Source of the DNA: Wickerhamiella versatilis
Taxonomy: Eukaryota
Direction: 5' to 3'
Assembly (NCBI GenBank): GCA_030867685.1
Contig: JAQOWU010000008.1
Coordinates: 4,092,001 to 4,156,000, forward strand
Length of the DNA: 64,000 nt
Part shown: piece by piece, positions 21,955-32,392 of the stretch
How the letters are laid out: every line of letters begins with the position of its first letter
How positions within the stretch are numbered: the stretch's first letter is position 1
Position numbers and translations under genes: made by a program
The notes under the pieces: generated by a model
Database searches by the model: none
Seen by the model: only the letters and a program-made list of their open reading frames with translations
What the model was told of the DNA's origin: nothing

Positions 21955-23319
21955 ATGAATATATGTCGGTTTTCCAAATTGCTGTTACCTCAACTATCAG
22001 TGGGATTTAATATGGGCCGTCGGCGATGCCTTAGTCAACTAATGAATCATAATGCACAAAATCCATTCTTCTCACTGGTGAAGGACCAGCATGTAATTAT
22101 CCTGCCGCGATTGGAGCTGGAATGTGGGGACACTCTTGTCGATTTCCCTGTCGCTTACAAGACATGGGGCAAACTGAACGCAAAGGCCGACAATGCTATG
22201 GTAGTTTGTCACGCATTATCGGGATCTGCGGATGTCAGTGATTGGTGGGGCTCTTTGTTAGGCGCTGGACGAGCATTAGACCCTACTCGGTTTTTCATTA
22301 TCTGTATTAATTCACTGGGATCACCATATGGCTCTGCATCTCCTGTTACGATTAATCCCCAGACAGGTAGGCTCTGGGGTCCCGAATTTCCCTTGACAAC
22401 AATCAAAGACGATGCCAAGGTAAATAAGATGGTTCTCGATAGACTTGGTGTGAAGAGTGTTGCGTCAATCATTGGAGGCTCGATGGGAGGCATGTTGGCA
22501 CTGGAGTTTGCATATCTCGGTCCAGAGTATGTTCGTTCTGTTGTCCTTCTGGCAACCTCGTCTTATCACTCCGCCTGGGGAATCAGTTGGGGTGAAGCTC
22601 AACGCCAATCAATTTATGCGGACCCTAACTTTCAGGATGGGTACTACCCTTTCGACCATCCACCTTTAGCAGGATTAGGCGCAGCTCGTATGTCTGCGTT
22701 ATTGACCTACAGGTCAAGAAATTCCTTCGAGTCTAAATTCGGAAGGAAGCCTCCAAACCCAAGCCAACATAAGGGAAGTGACACCCCTCAAGTTAGCAAG
22801 ATCCCTGCAAGTGAGGAGGCATGGGCAGTCAACAACCATGGGCTTATCCGAAACAAACCAGTCCCGTACCGCCCAAAGCCAGCAGGAAACTATTTCACCG
22901 CACAATCCTACCTCCGCTATCAGGGTGACAAGTTCGTTCATCGCTATGATGCAAATTGTTATATAGCTATTACTCGCAAACTTGATACACATGATGTGAG
23001 CCGGGGAAGAGCTTCTAGTATACCTGAGGCTCTTGCTCAGTTAAAGCAGAAGATTTTGATCATCGGTATCGCATCTGATGGCTTGTTTACTTTTGCTGAA
23101 CAACAGTATATGGACGAACACATATCTCATACCGAATTAATTGAAATTGAGTCACCCGATGGTCATGATGCTTTCTTATTGGAATTTGCCCAGATCAACC
23201 ATTACATCTTAAACTACTTTTCTGAGCAATTACCTGATATCATGCAAGGCTTCGAGCGCAAGCCAATTGGAGATGCGGGAAATAGTATGTTTGGTGAGGC
23301 AGACGTCACCACATGGTAA
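21955..23319 (+). CDS. MET2: Homoserine O-acetyltransferase
   Basis: CHALSGSADVSDWW, GGSMGGM nucleophile motif, AWGISWGEAQRQSIY, FTAQSYLRYQG, SPDGHDAFLLE. The true start may be a downstream ATG (e.g. 22042, MNHNAQNPF). Confidence 0.95.
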   Translation: MNICRFSKLLLPQLSVGFNMGRRRCLSQLMNHNAQNPFFSLVKDQHVIILPRLELECGDTLVDFPVAYKTWGKLNAKADNAMVVCHALSGSADVSDWWGSLLGAGRALDPTRFFIICINSLGSPYGSASPVTINPQTGRLWGPEFPLTTIKDDAKVNKMVLDRLGVKSVASIIGGSMGGMLALEFAYLGPEYVRSVVLLATSSYHSAWGISWGEAQRQSIYADPNFQDGYYPFDHPPLAGLGAARMSALLTYRSRNSFESKFGRKPPNPSQHKGSDTPQVSKIPASEEAWAVNNHGLIRNKPVPYRPKPAGNYFTAQSYLRYQGDKFVHRYDANCYIAITRKLDTHDVSRGRASSIPEALAQLKQKILIIGIASDGLFTFAEQQYMDEHISHTELIEIESPDGHDAFLLEFAQINHYILNYFSEQLPDIMQGFERKPIGDAGNSMFGEADVTTW

Positions 23320-23413
23320 TAAATTTACTTGTAGATATATATACTAGCTTCAACAGCATTCCCAAGCTTAGGTTACAGTGTGTATTAGTAATTTGTAGTT
23401 TGTTTACTTGCAT

Positions 23414-24490
23414 ATGCGAGAACTTGTGGAGGCAGTTGGCTGCCTCCTAAGACAGGTACCACCTCCTCACTCAATGAACACCAAGGGATCAGCCTTATCT
23501 TTACTGAGAGAAGCGTATGGAACGATTTCAGAATTAGGTAGAAGACTTCACGAAATATTGAAATTGAATCCTGGTCCCCTTGATATCTTTGATTGTCGTA
23601 AACAATTGAATTTATTGTTTAGAAAGTTGGCTGCTGTATATTTGTGGGCAGAAAAACTTTTGGAGTTGCCAGGAAGTCGGGCGGGGGGATCCGGTCATGC
23701 AACAGCGTTACGTCTGGTTAAAAAAGCCACAGAGCTCAGAGAGCTCGTCAAAAACCTTGAAAATCGCCTCGAAATTGCCGTTGAATATCATGAACTTCAC
23801 ACTGTTGTCATTGGGGGGATTAAAGAATATCATACAGACCTCGTGAACGTTTCAACGACAGCGGCTAGGCGAGACCTTCATGCTGCGTCTCAGTCGTTAT
23901 CTGCAGCAATGGAAGCTTTAAATTCCCGAATAGCATCATTTAGTAGCTGGACGGCAGATGCACATCCTGGCCCAGCGGCGGAACTCGAAGCTGAGGCTGG
24001 TAATTTGGCAAAGACAGTTAATAACTTCGTGGAGTTGATGGCACCCAGTCCCAGTCGTGGCCTGTCATCACTACGTATATCTGAAGGCGTCAAGGAAAGC
24101 CCTGTTCGACCGAAGTTTCCGCCGTTAAGAGGGATTCACAAGCCAACAAGATTGAGACCCAGAGACAGTAAAGAGAATCATAACATACGAGCCACGAAGT
24201 CTCGGTTGAAACCTCCCACGCTCATCGAAAATTATAAGATCAAACCAAATTTAGATTCTCGTAATGGCCCTTCTCTCAATTCTGAACCACGACCCCAATC
24301 GAGAATTATGCGTCCAACCCGAATATCACTCTCTGGCGTAGAGGAACCCTTAAGACCACTCCCCACAACTTCGTCAGTGCTAAGGCCCAAAAGTAGTCGC
24401 ATAATGCGCCCAACTCCCCTTAAACCCCGGCTTTCCCTAGACTCAGATGTTTCTGTATTGGAAACACCAGTTCCTGTGCGTAGACGTTAG
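23414..24490 (+). CDS. KAR9: Kar9-like spindle-positioning protein (short)
   Basis: Helical N-half with RLEIAVEYHELHTVVIGGI (Kar9-like) and a basic Ser/Pro-rich tail with repeated SRI/L motifs. Syntenic with ATP15-MDL2-DIM1. Confidence 0.65.
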   Translation: MRELVEAVGCLLRQVPPPHSMNTKGSALSLLREAYGTISELGRRLHEILKLNPGPLDIFDCRKQLNLLFRKLAAVYLWAEKLLELPGSRAGGSGHATALRLVKKATELRELVKNLENRLEIAVEYHELHTVVIGGIKEYHTDLVNVSTTAARRDLHAASQSLSAAMEALNSRIASFSSWTADAHPGPAAELEAEAGNLAKTVNNFVELMAPSPSRGLSSLRISEGVKESPVRPKFPPLRGIHKPTRLRPRDSKENHNIRATKSRLKPPTLIENYKIKPNLDSRNGPSLNSEPRPQSRIMRPTRISLSGVEEPLRPLPTTSSVLRPKSSRIMRPTPLKPRLSLDSDVSVLETPVPVRRR

Positions 24491-24629
24491 GGCTCGGACC
24501 CACCTCTTATTTATTAAAATTTTGCTCAGATATAATTTGATATACCGAGAATTAGATTTTGTTTTTTTTTGGCGACTTAATTCAGCCCTGAGCCACCTAT
24601 TTATTGTCAGTGGAATGGTTCCACCACAT

Positions 24630-24938
24630 TCACTTTTCGGTGCCGAAAATTCGGGTAAGCCATGACTTTCTATCCCTTTCCTCTTTTTCAGCCTCATTGA
24701 ACATGCGCAATCCGCCGTCCGGTGTATACTCACCAACTTGTACTTTCTTCTCATTTCCTTGGTAAACCCGTTTGTACAAAACGACTGAAGTAGTCAAAAA
24801 AAGAGGGATCCCGACCATAAGAAGAAATGCACTTCTAATGTTCAATTTGGGGACCGTCTGCTGGTTTGGTGGCACATCTACTGGCGTTTTTTTCGCACTT
24901 GCCGTTGGTCTTATTCTCCTTCTTTGTGGAGGAGCCAT
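24630..24938 (-). CDS. Small single-pass membrane protein of unknown function
   Basis: 102 aa: basic N-terminus, one TM segment (AFLLMVGIPLFLTTSVVLY), then KRVYQG. Confidence 0.7.
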   Translation of the reverse strand: MAPPQRRRIRPTASAKKTPVDVPPNQQTVPKLNIRSAFLLMVGIPLFLTTSVVLYKRVYQGNEKKVQVGEYTPDGGLRMFNEAEKEERDRKSWLTRIFGTEK

Positions 24939-25141
24939 GTGGTTTAGGGTTATACAAGTGTCGCTCCTAAAAGGCTAAAATCTAGGTGTTCACGACATAA
25001 TCAAAAACAATTTACATATTATAGCCTGGAAAAATACCTTCTTAGATCTTCGACTAGTAAACTTCAAGCGAGCTCCATTAGCATTGTGTATCTGTTCAAC
25101 CTAGAAAAGATAAATTATATAATTTTTTTCCACTAACTACA

Positions 25142-26062
25142 ATGCCGAAGGCCCAAAAGAAAAGCGATGTCAGGACAAGCGTATTCAAAATGAATACTGA
25201 TCTAGGACAGCATATTCTCAAGAATCCAAAAGTGGCAGAGGCTATTGTGGAAAAGGCAGATATACGCCCGAGCGATGTCGTTCTGGAGGTTGGTCCCGGT
25301 ACCGGTAACTTGACGATGCGTATCCTTGAGAAAGCACGAAAAGTTTTTGCGGTGGAGATGGACCCACGAATGGCTGCTGAACTTACGAAGCGCGTACAGG
25401 GCAGACCAGAGGAACGCAAATTGGAAATTATATTGGGAGACAGTATAAAAGTCGAGTTTCCCTACCATGACATTTGTATATCAAATACACCTTATCAGAT
25501 CTCTTCTCCTCTTGTATTCAAGATTTTGAATATGCCAAAACCTCCACGAGTATCTATTCTAATGTTTCAGCGAGAATTTGCACTTCGGCTTGTTGCAAAA
25601 CCCGGAGATCAGCTTTATTGCCGGCTTTCTGCTAACGTTCAGATGTGGGCGACTGTAACGCATATAATGAAGGTGGGAAAAGGAAACTTTAGGCCGCCGC
25701 CGCAGGTCGAGAGTTCCGTGGTACGAATAGAGGTAAAAAACCCTCGGCCACCCATAGAGTATCCAGAATGGGATGGTCTGTTGCGCATATGTTTTGTTCG
25801 TAAAAATAGAACTGTGTCGGCAGGATTCAAATCAAGCGCGATTCTAGCTATCCTGGAAAAAAATTACCAGACTTTTGTGTCACAATTTGGACCCAATCGC
25901 CTAGGATCACAGTCTGATGATCCTGGGGTCGCTGTCAAAGAAAAGATTGATTATGTTCTCCAGGAGACTGGCCTAGGTGAAATGCGTTCAAATAAGTGTG
26001 GTCAGAATGACTTTTTACGCCTTCTCTATGCTTTTCACCAGGTTGGAATCCATTTCGCATAA
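25142..26062 (+). CDS. DIM1: 18S rRNA dimethyladenosine transferase
   Basis: [47 protein letters not shown]-terminal GIHFA. Confidence 0.97.
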   Translation: MPKAQKKSDVRTSVFKMNTDLGQHILKNPKVAEAIVEKADIRPSDVVLEVGPGTGNLTMRILEKARKVFAVEMDPRMAAELTKRVQGRPEERKLEIILGDSIKVEFPYHDICISNTPYQISSPLVFKILNMPKPPRVSILMFQREFALRLVAKPGDQLYCRLSANVQMWATVTHIMKVGKGNFRPPPQVESSVVRIEVKNPRPPIEYPEWDGLLRICFVRKNRTVSAGFKSSAILAILEKNYQTFVSQFGPNRLGSQSDDPGVAVKEKIDYVLQETGLGEMRSNKCGQNDFLRLLYAFHQVGIHFA

Positions 26063-26341
26063 AGTCTTTGTTGAGGCTATGGTTTGTAGTGTACTTTATT
26101 TATGTAACGTTAATTCACAATATTAATGGTCTTGTTCAGTTATTAGGAACGAGGTTCTGACAAGAGAGTGCTTTGCACCTATTTCTGAAAACCTCTCTAT
26201 ATATCATGCTCATCTTTTTTTTTCATTAGGAGCCACAGTCAGTGTGGCACCTGTGCCATTCAACTCTTGGTGTAGCAAAGATGCACTACCAGGAGAGTCT
26301 GTTATACTCATCGAGGTAGACGGGAGTTGCATCCCCCTCTA

Positions 26342-27874
26342 TTATATGTCTGCTCCTGGTGGTGGAGGGGGAGCTTCATCTGGTCCTGGCGGTGGAGGTG
26401 GTAATACTGTCTCGCTTGCATCTACCCCTGGAGGAGGTGGGGGAGGAGCTTCATCTGGTCCTGGCGGTGGAGGTGGCAATCCTGGCTCGCCTGCATCTAC
26501 CCCTGGAGGAGGTGGGGGAGGAGCCTCATCTGGTCCTGGCGGTGGTGGTGGTAATAATGTGTCGTTTGTGCCCACTCCTGGTGGTGGTGGTGGTGGTGGA
26601 GCTGCATCTGTCCCCCGTGGTGGTATTACCGTCTCACTTGTACCAACTCCTGGCGGTGGAGGAGGAGCTGTATCAAGTATTTCCGGACCAGATGATGGCG
26701 GTATCGCCGCTTCACTTTTGTCTACACCTGGTGGTGGAGGCGGAGGCGCCGAGTTAACAATATTCAACCCTGGTGGGGGTGGAGGTTGAATTCCAGGTGG
26801 GAACGGAGCATGGGGTAGTTCCCTTTGGGGAACACCAGAGGGCGAAGACAAATGTTGATAATTATCAGTCTCTTGCACACCCATATCCACCACATGATCT
26901 GAGGGTGTCGCTGTTCCATTCGTATTGCCCGGTTGATGTACAATCGCAGCTATCTCAGGTGGAGCGGCTGGGGCACTTGGAGAATTAACAGTTGGAGAGC
27001 TCTCACGATAGATAGTTCCCATTCTATCATTACTTTTAGAAGGGATCGAATGCTGAGGAAGTTTGCAGTCTCTTGCAAAATGTCCATCCATACCACAGTT
27101 TCGACAAGTGACAGCATAATCCTTTTTGTCTCTGTTTGGACAGTCATATTTTCGATGGCCAATCTTACCACATGCTGTACAAGGGAGCCCCTCGAGATCT
27201 CTTAAAGTTCCATTAAGTTGAGCTAACTCTCTCAATTGAGAGCGTTTTAAATCGTTTTGATGCTCAGGAGACGTGATAGCTTTCTGTACAACGTCTTCTA
27301 TAAGCTCAACAGCTTTCTGTAAGCCAATCTCATTCGGGGCATGAATGACACAATGGAGAGGCTCCTCACTTGAGCCTCCTTGGCCCTCCTTGGTGGACCC
27401 CCTACCGCGAAGTCCAATAGTAGAGCCAGATTCCCTTCTAATTCGACTAAGAGTGTTTCCTCGTGGTCCCAAGAGAAGTCCCATAAAATTTATTTGTGGA
27501 TACTCTTGTACTGGTAAATAGTAGCGTCGCTCAGTAGTCTCTCGACGAACAAATTTCCGTGGCGGTAGGTATCCTTTTATAGAACGCAGAGCAATATCAA
27601 CGTACTTAGTTTGCTCTGCCTCGACCTCTGCACGGTACCGCTGCTCTCTCGTGTTTGTTCGCTGGCCCCTACTATCATATTGTGGTGGCGGTGAGGGAGA
27701 ACGTTCAGCAGAGGATGGAACATAATTACGTGACTCCAGACGTCGCGAACAATCATCAATAGCAAGTTCAAGCGCATATGCATCTAACTGCTCAGGAGTG
27801 AGCGCTCCACGTAAGATATAACGGGATGCATCTGGTACTTTGGGTCCCAGTTTCCAAGGCTGTCCAGCAGCCAT
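26342..27874 (-). CDS. MSL5: Branchpoint-bridging protein BBP/SF1
   Basis: RSPSPPPQYD...RTNTREQRYR, KH domain INFMGLLLGPRGNTL, QUA2 NDLKRSQLRELAQLNGTLR, two CCHC knuckles, Pro-rich tail. Confidence 0.93.
   Translation of the reverse strand: MAAGQPWKLGPKVPDASRYILRGALTPEQLDAYALELAIDDCSRRLESRNYVPSSAERSPSPPPQYDSRGQRTNTREQRYRAEVEAEQTKYVDIALRSIKGYLPPRKFVRRETTERRYYLPVQEYPQINFMGLLLGPRGNTLSRIRRESGSTIGLRGRGSTKEGQGGSSEEPLHCVIHAPNEIGLQKAVELIEDVVQKAITSPEHQNDLKRSQLRELAQLNGTLRDLEGLPCTACGKIGHRKYDCPNRDKKDYAVTCRNCGMDGHFARDCKLPQHSIPSKSNDRMGTIYRESSPTVNSPSAPAAPPEIAAIVHQPGNTNGTATPSDHVVDMGVQETDNYQHLSSPSGVPQRELPHAPFPPGIQPPPPPGLNIVNSAPPPPPPGVDKSEAAIPPSSGPEILDTAPPPPPGVGTSETVIPPRGTDAAPPPPPPPGVGTNDTLLPPPPPGPDEAPPPPPPGVDAGEPGLPPPPPGPDEAPPPPPPGVDASETVLPPPPPGPDEAPPPPPGADI
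26356..26790 (-). repeat. Coding minisatellite in MSL5 (75-bp / 25-aa polyproline units)
   Basis: GAGCYTCATCTGGTCCTGGCGGTGG recurs at 26371, 26446 and 26521 (period 75 bp), with more degenerate units up to about 26790. Confidence 0.85.
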
Positions 27875-28222
27875 TTTGCTGAGTCACGGAAATTTTTCCT
27901 GGAGAACTACCAAGAAAATTGCAAACCAGATACCAGGATAATAATTAAAATTTCATTTTATTCGAGATCAATTTGCATCTGAGAGCATGAACTATACTAA
28001 AGTGACAGCAAATGCCATTACCTATATCTTATGATCCTTATTTTTGAATTGTAAAAACCACATTTTGTCAACTTTTCACGAGAGAATTTCTCTTGAAAAG
28101 CAAGATCTGGGAGATCTTTGTCGCAAGCTCAGCCCCAGATTCTCGAATTTTTTTGTAGCAAACAGGATTAGAGATATCTGAAAGTGAGCTGCAATTCAAT
28201 ATAAGACTATGATAACGATAGC

Positions 28223-28741
28223 TTATAATCCAGGAGAATTGAATGCAGGCTTAGACTTAGCCCAGACGTATTCTTCCGATTTATTTGTTGAGCCTGATTG
28301 TGACGCACATCCAGAACCGACGGTTTTTTCCTCATCAAACTGACTTCGAGACTGATAATCAGGAACATTGTCCTCCTCATCATTCTCATCAGGCTCTAGA
28401 TACTTCATAAAATCAAGGACAAGGAGGATCACTGAAATGACGAAGGAAAGATACAAGAATGCAGACAGTGCCTGTCCAACTCGAAACTGGGACCGGGGCC
28501 TTATGGCAACAGCTGCTGTTGAGGTTAAAACGGTGAGAATAATATCGAGTATAAGCCCGGTATGGTGCTTGTCGTAGAAAACCAACATTGTTTGCGCGCC
28601 AATGGCAAGTACACTCACAACGGTGGCATATTGCATTGACGTGCTATTCCTTGAATAAACACTATAAGCGCCAAGAATAAGAGCAACCACTACAATTAAA
28701 ATCTCTGACAATCTGAGCAAACGCGCCGAGTTCAAGATCAT
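28223..28741 (-). CDS. Four-TM membrane protein, MARVEL/Nce102-like
   Basis: Four hydrophobic segments, LLRLSEILIVVVALIL start, LILDIILTVLTSTAAVA, QALSAFLYLSF, acidic tail. Confidence 0.55.
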   Translation of the reverse strand: MILNSARLLRLSEILIVVVALILGAYSVYSRNSTSMQYATVVSVLAIGAQTMLVFYDKHHTGLILDIILTVLTSTAAVAIRPRSQFRVGQALSAFLYLSFVISVILLVLDFMKYLEPDENDEEDNVPDYQSRSQFDEEKTVGSGCASQSGSTNKSEEYVWAKSKPAFNSPGL

Positions 28742-28814
28742 GTAATAAACTCAATGTGGGACTCCCCTAGCCCAAATGTGGCATAAATTTAAAGGGTCGA
28801 GGAAATCATATGGT

Positions 28815-31800
28815 CTAGCTCGACTTGAAGAAATTCACAGTAAGGCCCTCCGTTCCTATTGACTTTACGAGGTCTGTAGCAATAGTCCCGAAATCTTTCT
28901 GCTTCTGCAGTCCGAAACGGCCTATTTCAGTCAGACGAGACGAATAAGAATGGGTCCGATTAACTTTCGCACGCTTCTCTGTAACTGACTTCGCGTATCC
29001 GAGCTCGCGGTATATTGTAACGATTGCGCTTTTCACCCCAAACTCGGATCTGATATTTCGACCTGCAGACAGAGCCCGAGAAATCATCTGGTCATCAGTT
29101 GTGGCCTTAACCAACGCATCGCAGAGAGATCGGGTATTTAAATCCTTAACATTGATCCCAACCCCCATCTCAACAACTCTATTAGCATAAAAAAACTGAT
29201 CCCCAAAAAATGGTTTGATAATAGTTGGAATACCTGCCCTTAATGATGCACCAGTAGTTCCTGACCCTCCATGATGAGCCACTGCATCTACTCGTGGGAA
29301 AAGCCAGTCATGAGGTATTTGAGAAACTTCAAATATACTCTCGGAAGTGATTTCGGGACCAGTGTCGCCTTTGTTGTCTCTCCTAGACCAACCTCGTGCG
29401 AGTATGCACCGCACGCCAGCTTGTTTCACTGCGTCAACCACAGTCTGGGTCATTAGCTCAGGGTCGTCCACAACAATTGACCCAAATCCAACATAAACTA
29501 GTTTTTTGGCATCATCCCGCGCCTTTTTAATGAAGTTAGAGAGGTCAGGATCTGGTTTGTATGACTCGACATCTTCATTCATGAACCAATAACCGGTATA
29601 AGTGATCCAATCTGGTTGATCAACAGGCGGCACCAAAACTGTGGGTGAAACGCAGTACATGAATGGTACTTCTTGTTGACGCATTCCCTCCAGCGATGTA
29701 GATTCCAACTTCAAGGTGGACCTTCTCCAATGGTTGACTTGTTTCGAGATACCCATCCATAACAAGACATCAAATATTGCATAAGAATAATAATTATAGG
29801 AACCACCCATATGTCTTTCAGGCACAATAAAGGCATGCGGATACCTTCTGGTCCGAGTCCAAGGCATTGTGAAAGCTCGGAAGTAGGGGATGTTTAACGC
29901 TTCCGCGATATGTATGCCAGCCATGGCAGATGGTGACTCTATTAAGATATCCGTATCGTCCTTTACGGCAAGCCAAGCAGTTTCCAGTAGTTCGCGAATC
30001 CAAACCCTGAACTTTGGGACAGCATCCTTGATAAAGCTCATCGTGAAGCCACCGTGCTTTATCATGATTTTCATTAGATCTCCAGGATCACCTGCAACTG
30101 GTTTGAATTCAATATTATGCTCTTTGACCCAGTCACCAAATTCAGTATGGGTCACTATTCGGCATTTATGGCCCTCTGATTGCAATCCCTGTGCTAGAGC
30201 AATGTAAGGCTGTACGTCCCCACGACTCCCAATGGTCAGCATTGTAATTCGCATTTGTTTGATGGGCTTGATCGTTGAAAGGTTGCTAACCTCGGCTAAC
30301 GACGGATCAAATATGATTGGTGGTACTTTGCTAGAGTCAATGTCACTATATTTATCCTGTAGTGCGAAAATCTTCCTGGAGTTACTCATTAATTGCTCCA
30401 AAAATTCCTCCTCAGTTGGGACCTGATTAAATCTCAGCTTGTTATTTTGTTCCTCACTACACCAATCCTGCGCTGTTTCACCAAGACAATTCCAAGTGGC
30501 TTTCATTTCATTTGACGCTGAGAACTCAAACGATATATTGTCTTGAATCGCCGTGGCGCTAATGGTGAATCCCACTCGATTCAGCAAGCTAGAATCAAGC
30601 GGTTTTATAGACTGAATATCTGCTAAGGGCATAATCATGATTGATTCGTCCCCAATAGTGGATTCGTGTAAGAAGCATAAATAAACATTTGTGATGTACA
30701 TCGTACCCCAATGAGGTACAGTTTTCCTAACAATGTAGCATTTCACCGTGCGTATTAGTTGGATATCCTCTGAAAGTCCAAACAGGGTTCTGAAGTCAAT
30801 TTTATCAGGATCATTATGGTCTTCATTTTTGCTAGTCTTGGTCAATCCTTGAGCCAATTGAGCAGGAAGTTTTGTGGCCATCCCCAAAGTTACCAGAGGA
30901 AGACGTGCTACGGTTGTCAATCCCGCTATTGGCGTTTTAAACGGCGTGAAAAAATTTTGCTCTGACTGACTAGCGTCGGTATCTGGGTCAGTATCATCGT
31001 CAGAGTCATCCTGAGGAGCTTTACTGCTTTCATCAGGCTGTTGCAATTGCAGTTGACTTTTGGGAGTCGTGTCGTAAATTTCACGTGTCCTAACAGTAGA
31101 ACGTGAGTCACGAATATGCTGTTGAATGGTTTCTATCTTTTGACGTGTGTGATGGTCAGATTTTCCCGGAAGATTTGAGTCTTCATTAAATGCCAATTGG
31201 TACTCCGATACAGACTGGTTCCCTTTATCTGTATACGCTTTGATTTTTATTGAAGCGAAGCAATCCAAGTAAGTCGATGGATTAGCCTCTTTCACATTTT
31301 CAAGCGGTATGCGGACAACTGCGTACGCACCGACCGTGCCACATCGGAATATTTCTCGTTTGAGGTCACGTACCCACCCAACTGCATGATGGGAATTATC
31401 AGCTCGCAATTTGATCCTTTTTCCATCTTTTAAAACCAGGTTGAATCCTGCATTGCGCTTTGAGCCTTTGCGTAGCTCGGCAGTCTTCAAACTTGAGAGA
31501 TAGATAAAGCCTTGTGGAAAATAAATATCATCTGGACGATTATACCAAGTCAGTGTGGACTGACGAAGTACAAACCAATTTCGTACAAAGCCTTTGCGAG
31601 GAAGGAAGCCTTTCTCTCGGCTAAGTGCTGACGTGCGTATGACTCCTGAACTATCCACTTTCATAGGCGTAATGAAGAGTAACGTGTCCGGGGTGAGATA
31701 CATCTTGCCCTGCAATAATATATCTGTAACTAGCCATGAAGTATAAAAGATAACATGCTGCTCTGTATCGTCATCATCTAGATTGAGTAGTCGCCGGAGT

Positions 31801-32045
31801 TTGGAAGGCATGTCCTCTAAGGGAACATCAGTTCGTGTCATAACGCTATTCAATTCCTCCTGCATACTGCTGGTTAAGCTTTCTGTTCGCGAAAGAGTAT
31901 CCTTTTTCTCGTTAGAGTCATTTTCGTCCGAGTTTGTAAAGGCAGAGGGGGTTTCGTCAATTGATACATCATCGTCACTATTGGCGTCTCCTTCCCTGCT
32001 AGTTGCTTCTGCAGTAGCCGCCAGGAATTGAAGATAGGATTGCAT
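28815..32045 (-). CDS. ATG26: Sterol 3-beta-glucosyltransferase (GRAM-PH-GRAM-GT)
   Basis: LQGKMYLT, PH domain RNWFVLR...YFPQG, TIGSRGDVQPYIAL, ESPSAMAGIHIAEAL, HHGGSGTTGASLRAG, PFFGDQ. First ATG at 32045. Confidence 0.95.
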   Translation of the reverse strand: MQSYLQFLAATAEATSREGDANSDDDVSIDETPSAFTNSDENDSNEKKDTLSRTESLTSSMQEELNSVMTRTDVPLEDMPSKLRRLLNLDDDDTEQHVIFYTSWLVTDILLQGKMYLTPDTLLFITPMKVDSSGVIRTSALSREKGFLPRKGFVRNWFVLRQSTLTWYNRPDDIYFPQGFIYLSSLKTAELRKGSKRNAGFNLVLKDGKRIKLRADNSHHAVGWVRDLKREIFRCGTVGAYAVVRIPLENVKEANPSTYLDCFASIKIKAYTDKGNQSVSEYQLAFNEDSNLPGKSDHHTRQKIETIQQHIRDSRSTVRTREIYDTTPKSQLQLQQPDESSKAPQDDSDDDTDPDTDASQSEQNFFTPFKTPIAGLTTVARLPLVTLGMATKLPAQLAQGLTKTSKNEDHNDPDKIDFRTLFGLSEDIQLIRTVKCYIVRKTVPHWGTMYITNVYLCFLHESTIGDESIMIMPLADIQSIKPLDSSLLNRVGFTISATAIQDNISFEFSASNEMKATWNCLGETAQDWCSEEQNNKLRFNQVPTEEEFLEQLMSNSRKIFALQDKYSDIDSSKVPPIIFDPSLAEVSNLSTIKPIKQMRITMLTIGSRGDVQPYIALAQGLQSEGHKCRIVTHTEFGDWVKEHNIEFKPVAGDPGDLMKIMIKHGGFTMSFIKDAVPKFRVWIRELLETAWLAVKDDTDILIESPSAMAGIHIAEALNIPYFRAFTMPWTRTRRYPHAFIVPERHMGGSYNYYSYAIFDVLLWMGISKQVNHWRRSTLKLESTSLEGMRQQEVPFMYCVSPTVLVPPVDQPDWITYTGYWFMNEDVESYKPDPDLSNFIKKARDDAKKLVYVGFGSIVVDDPELMTQTVVDAVKQAGVRCILARGWSRRDNKGDTGPEITSESIFEVSQIPHDWLFPRVDAVAHHGGSGTTGASLRAGIPTIIKPFFGDQFFYANRVVEMGVGINVKDLNTRSLCDALVKATTDDQMISRALSAGRNIRSEFGVKSAIVTIYRELGYAKSVTEKRAKVNRTHSYSSRLTEIGRFGLQKQKDFGTIATDLVKSIGTEGLTVNFFKSS

Positions 32046-32392
32046 CTTCGTGCCCCCCACCAAAAAAGCCCTTAATTGTAACCATTGATGACTACACCTT
32101 CCTACCAACGCTAAATGTGTTAACAAACTCTTATTCGCCTACTTAATCACATAGAAGAGGGACGCGCTATCCAATTTGAATCATATTATAGGATGAAAAC
32201 TCATAACTTCAGCAATTAGAGGTTTAAATAATTTTGACAAAGCTAAATTTACTTTCCTGTATGAAAGAGCTAAATCATTGTGGCGAAAGCTTAATCAGTA
32301 GACTGACTATTCACCAGGTTATTACTGTGAAGAAGTCGATGGGCCACCTCCTTTGCTGATTTTTTCCTCCAATAAGTATCAACACCGCAAGC

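Noticed and set aside
26210-26341. About 40 open codons in frame after the MSL5 stop
   Set aside because: A double stop (TAA TAG) makes readthrough implausible, and the length is compatible with chance.
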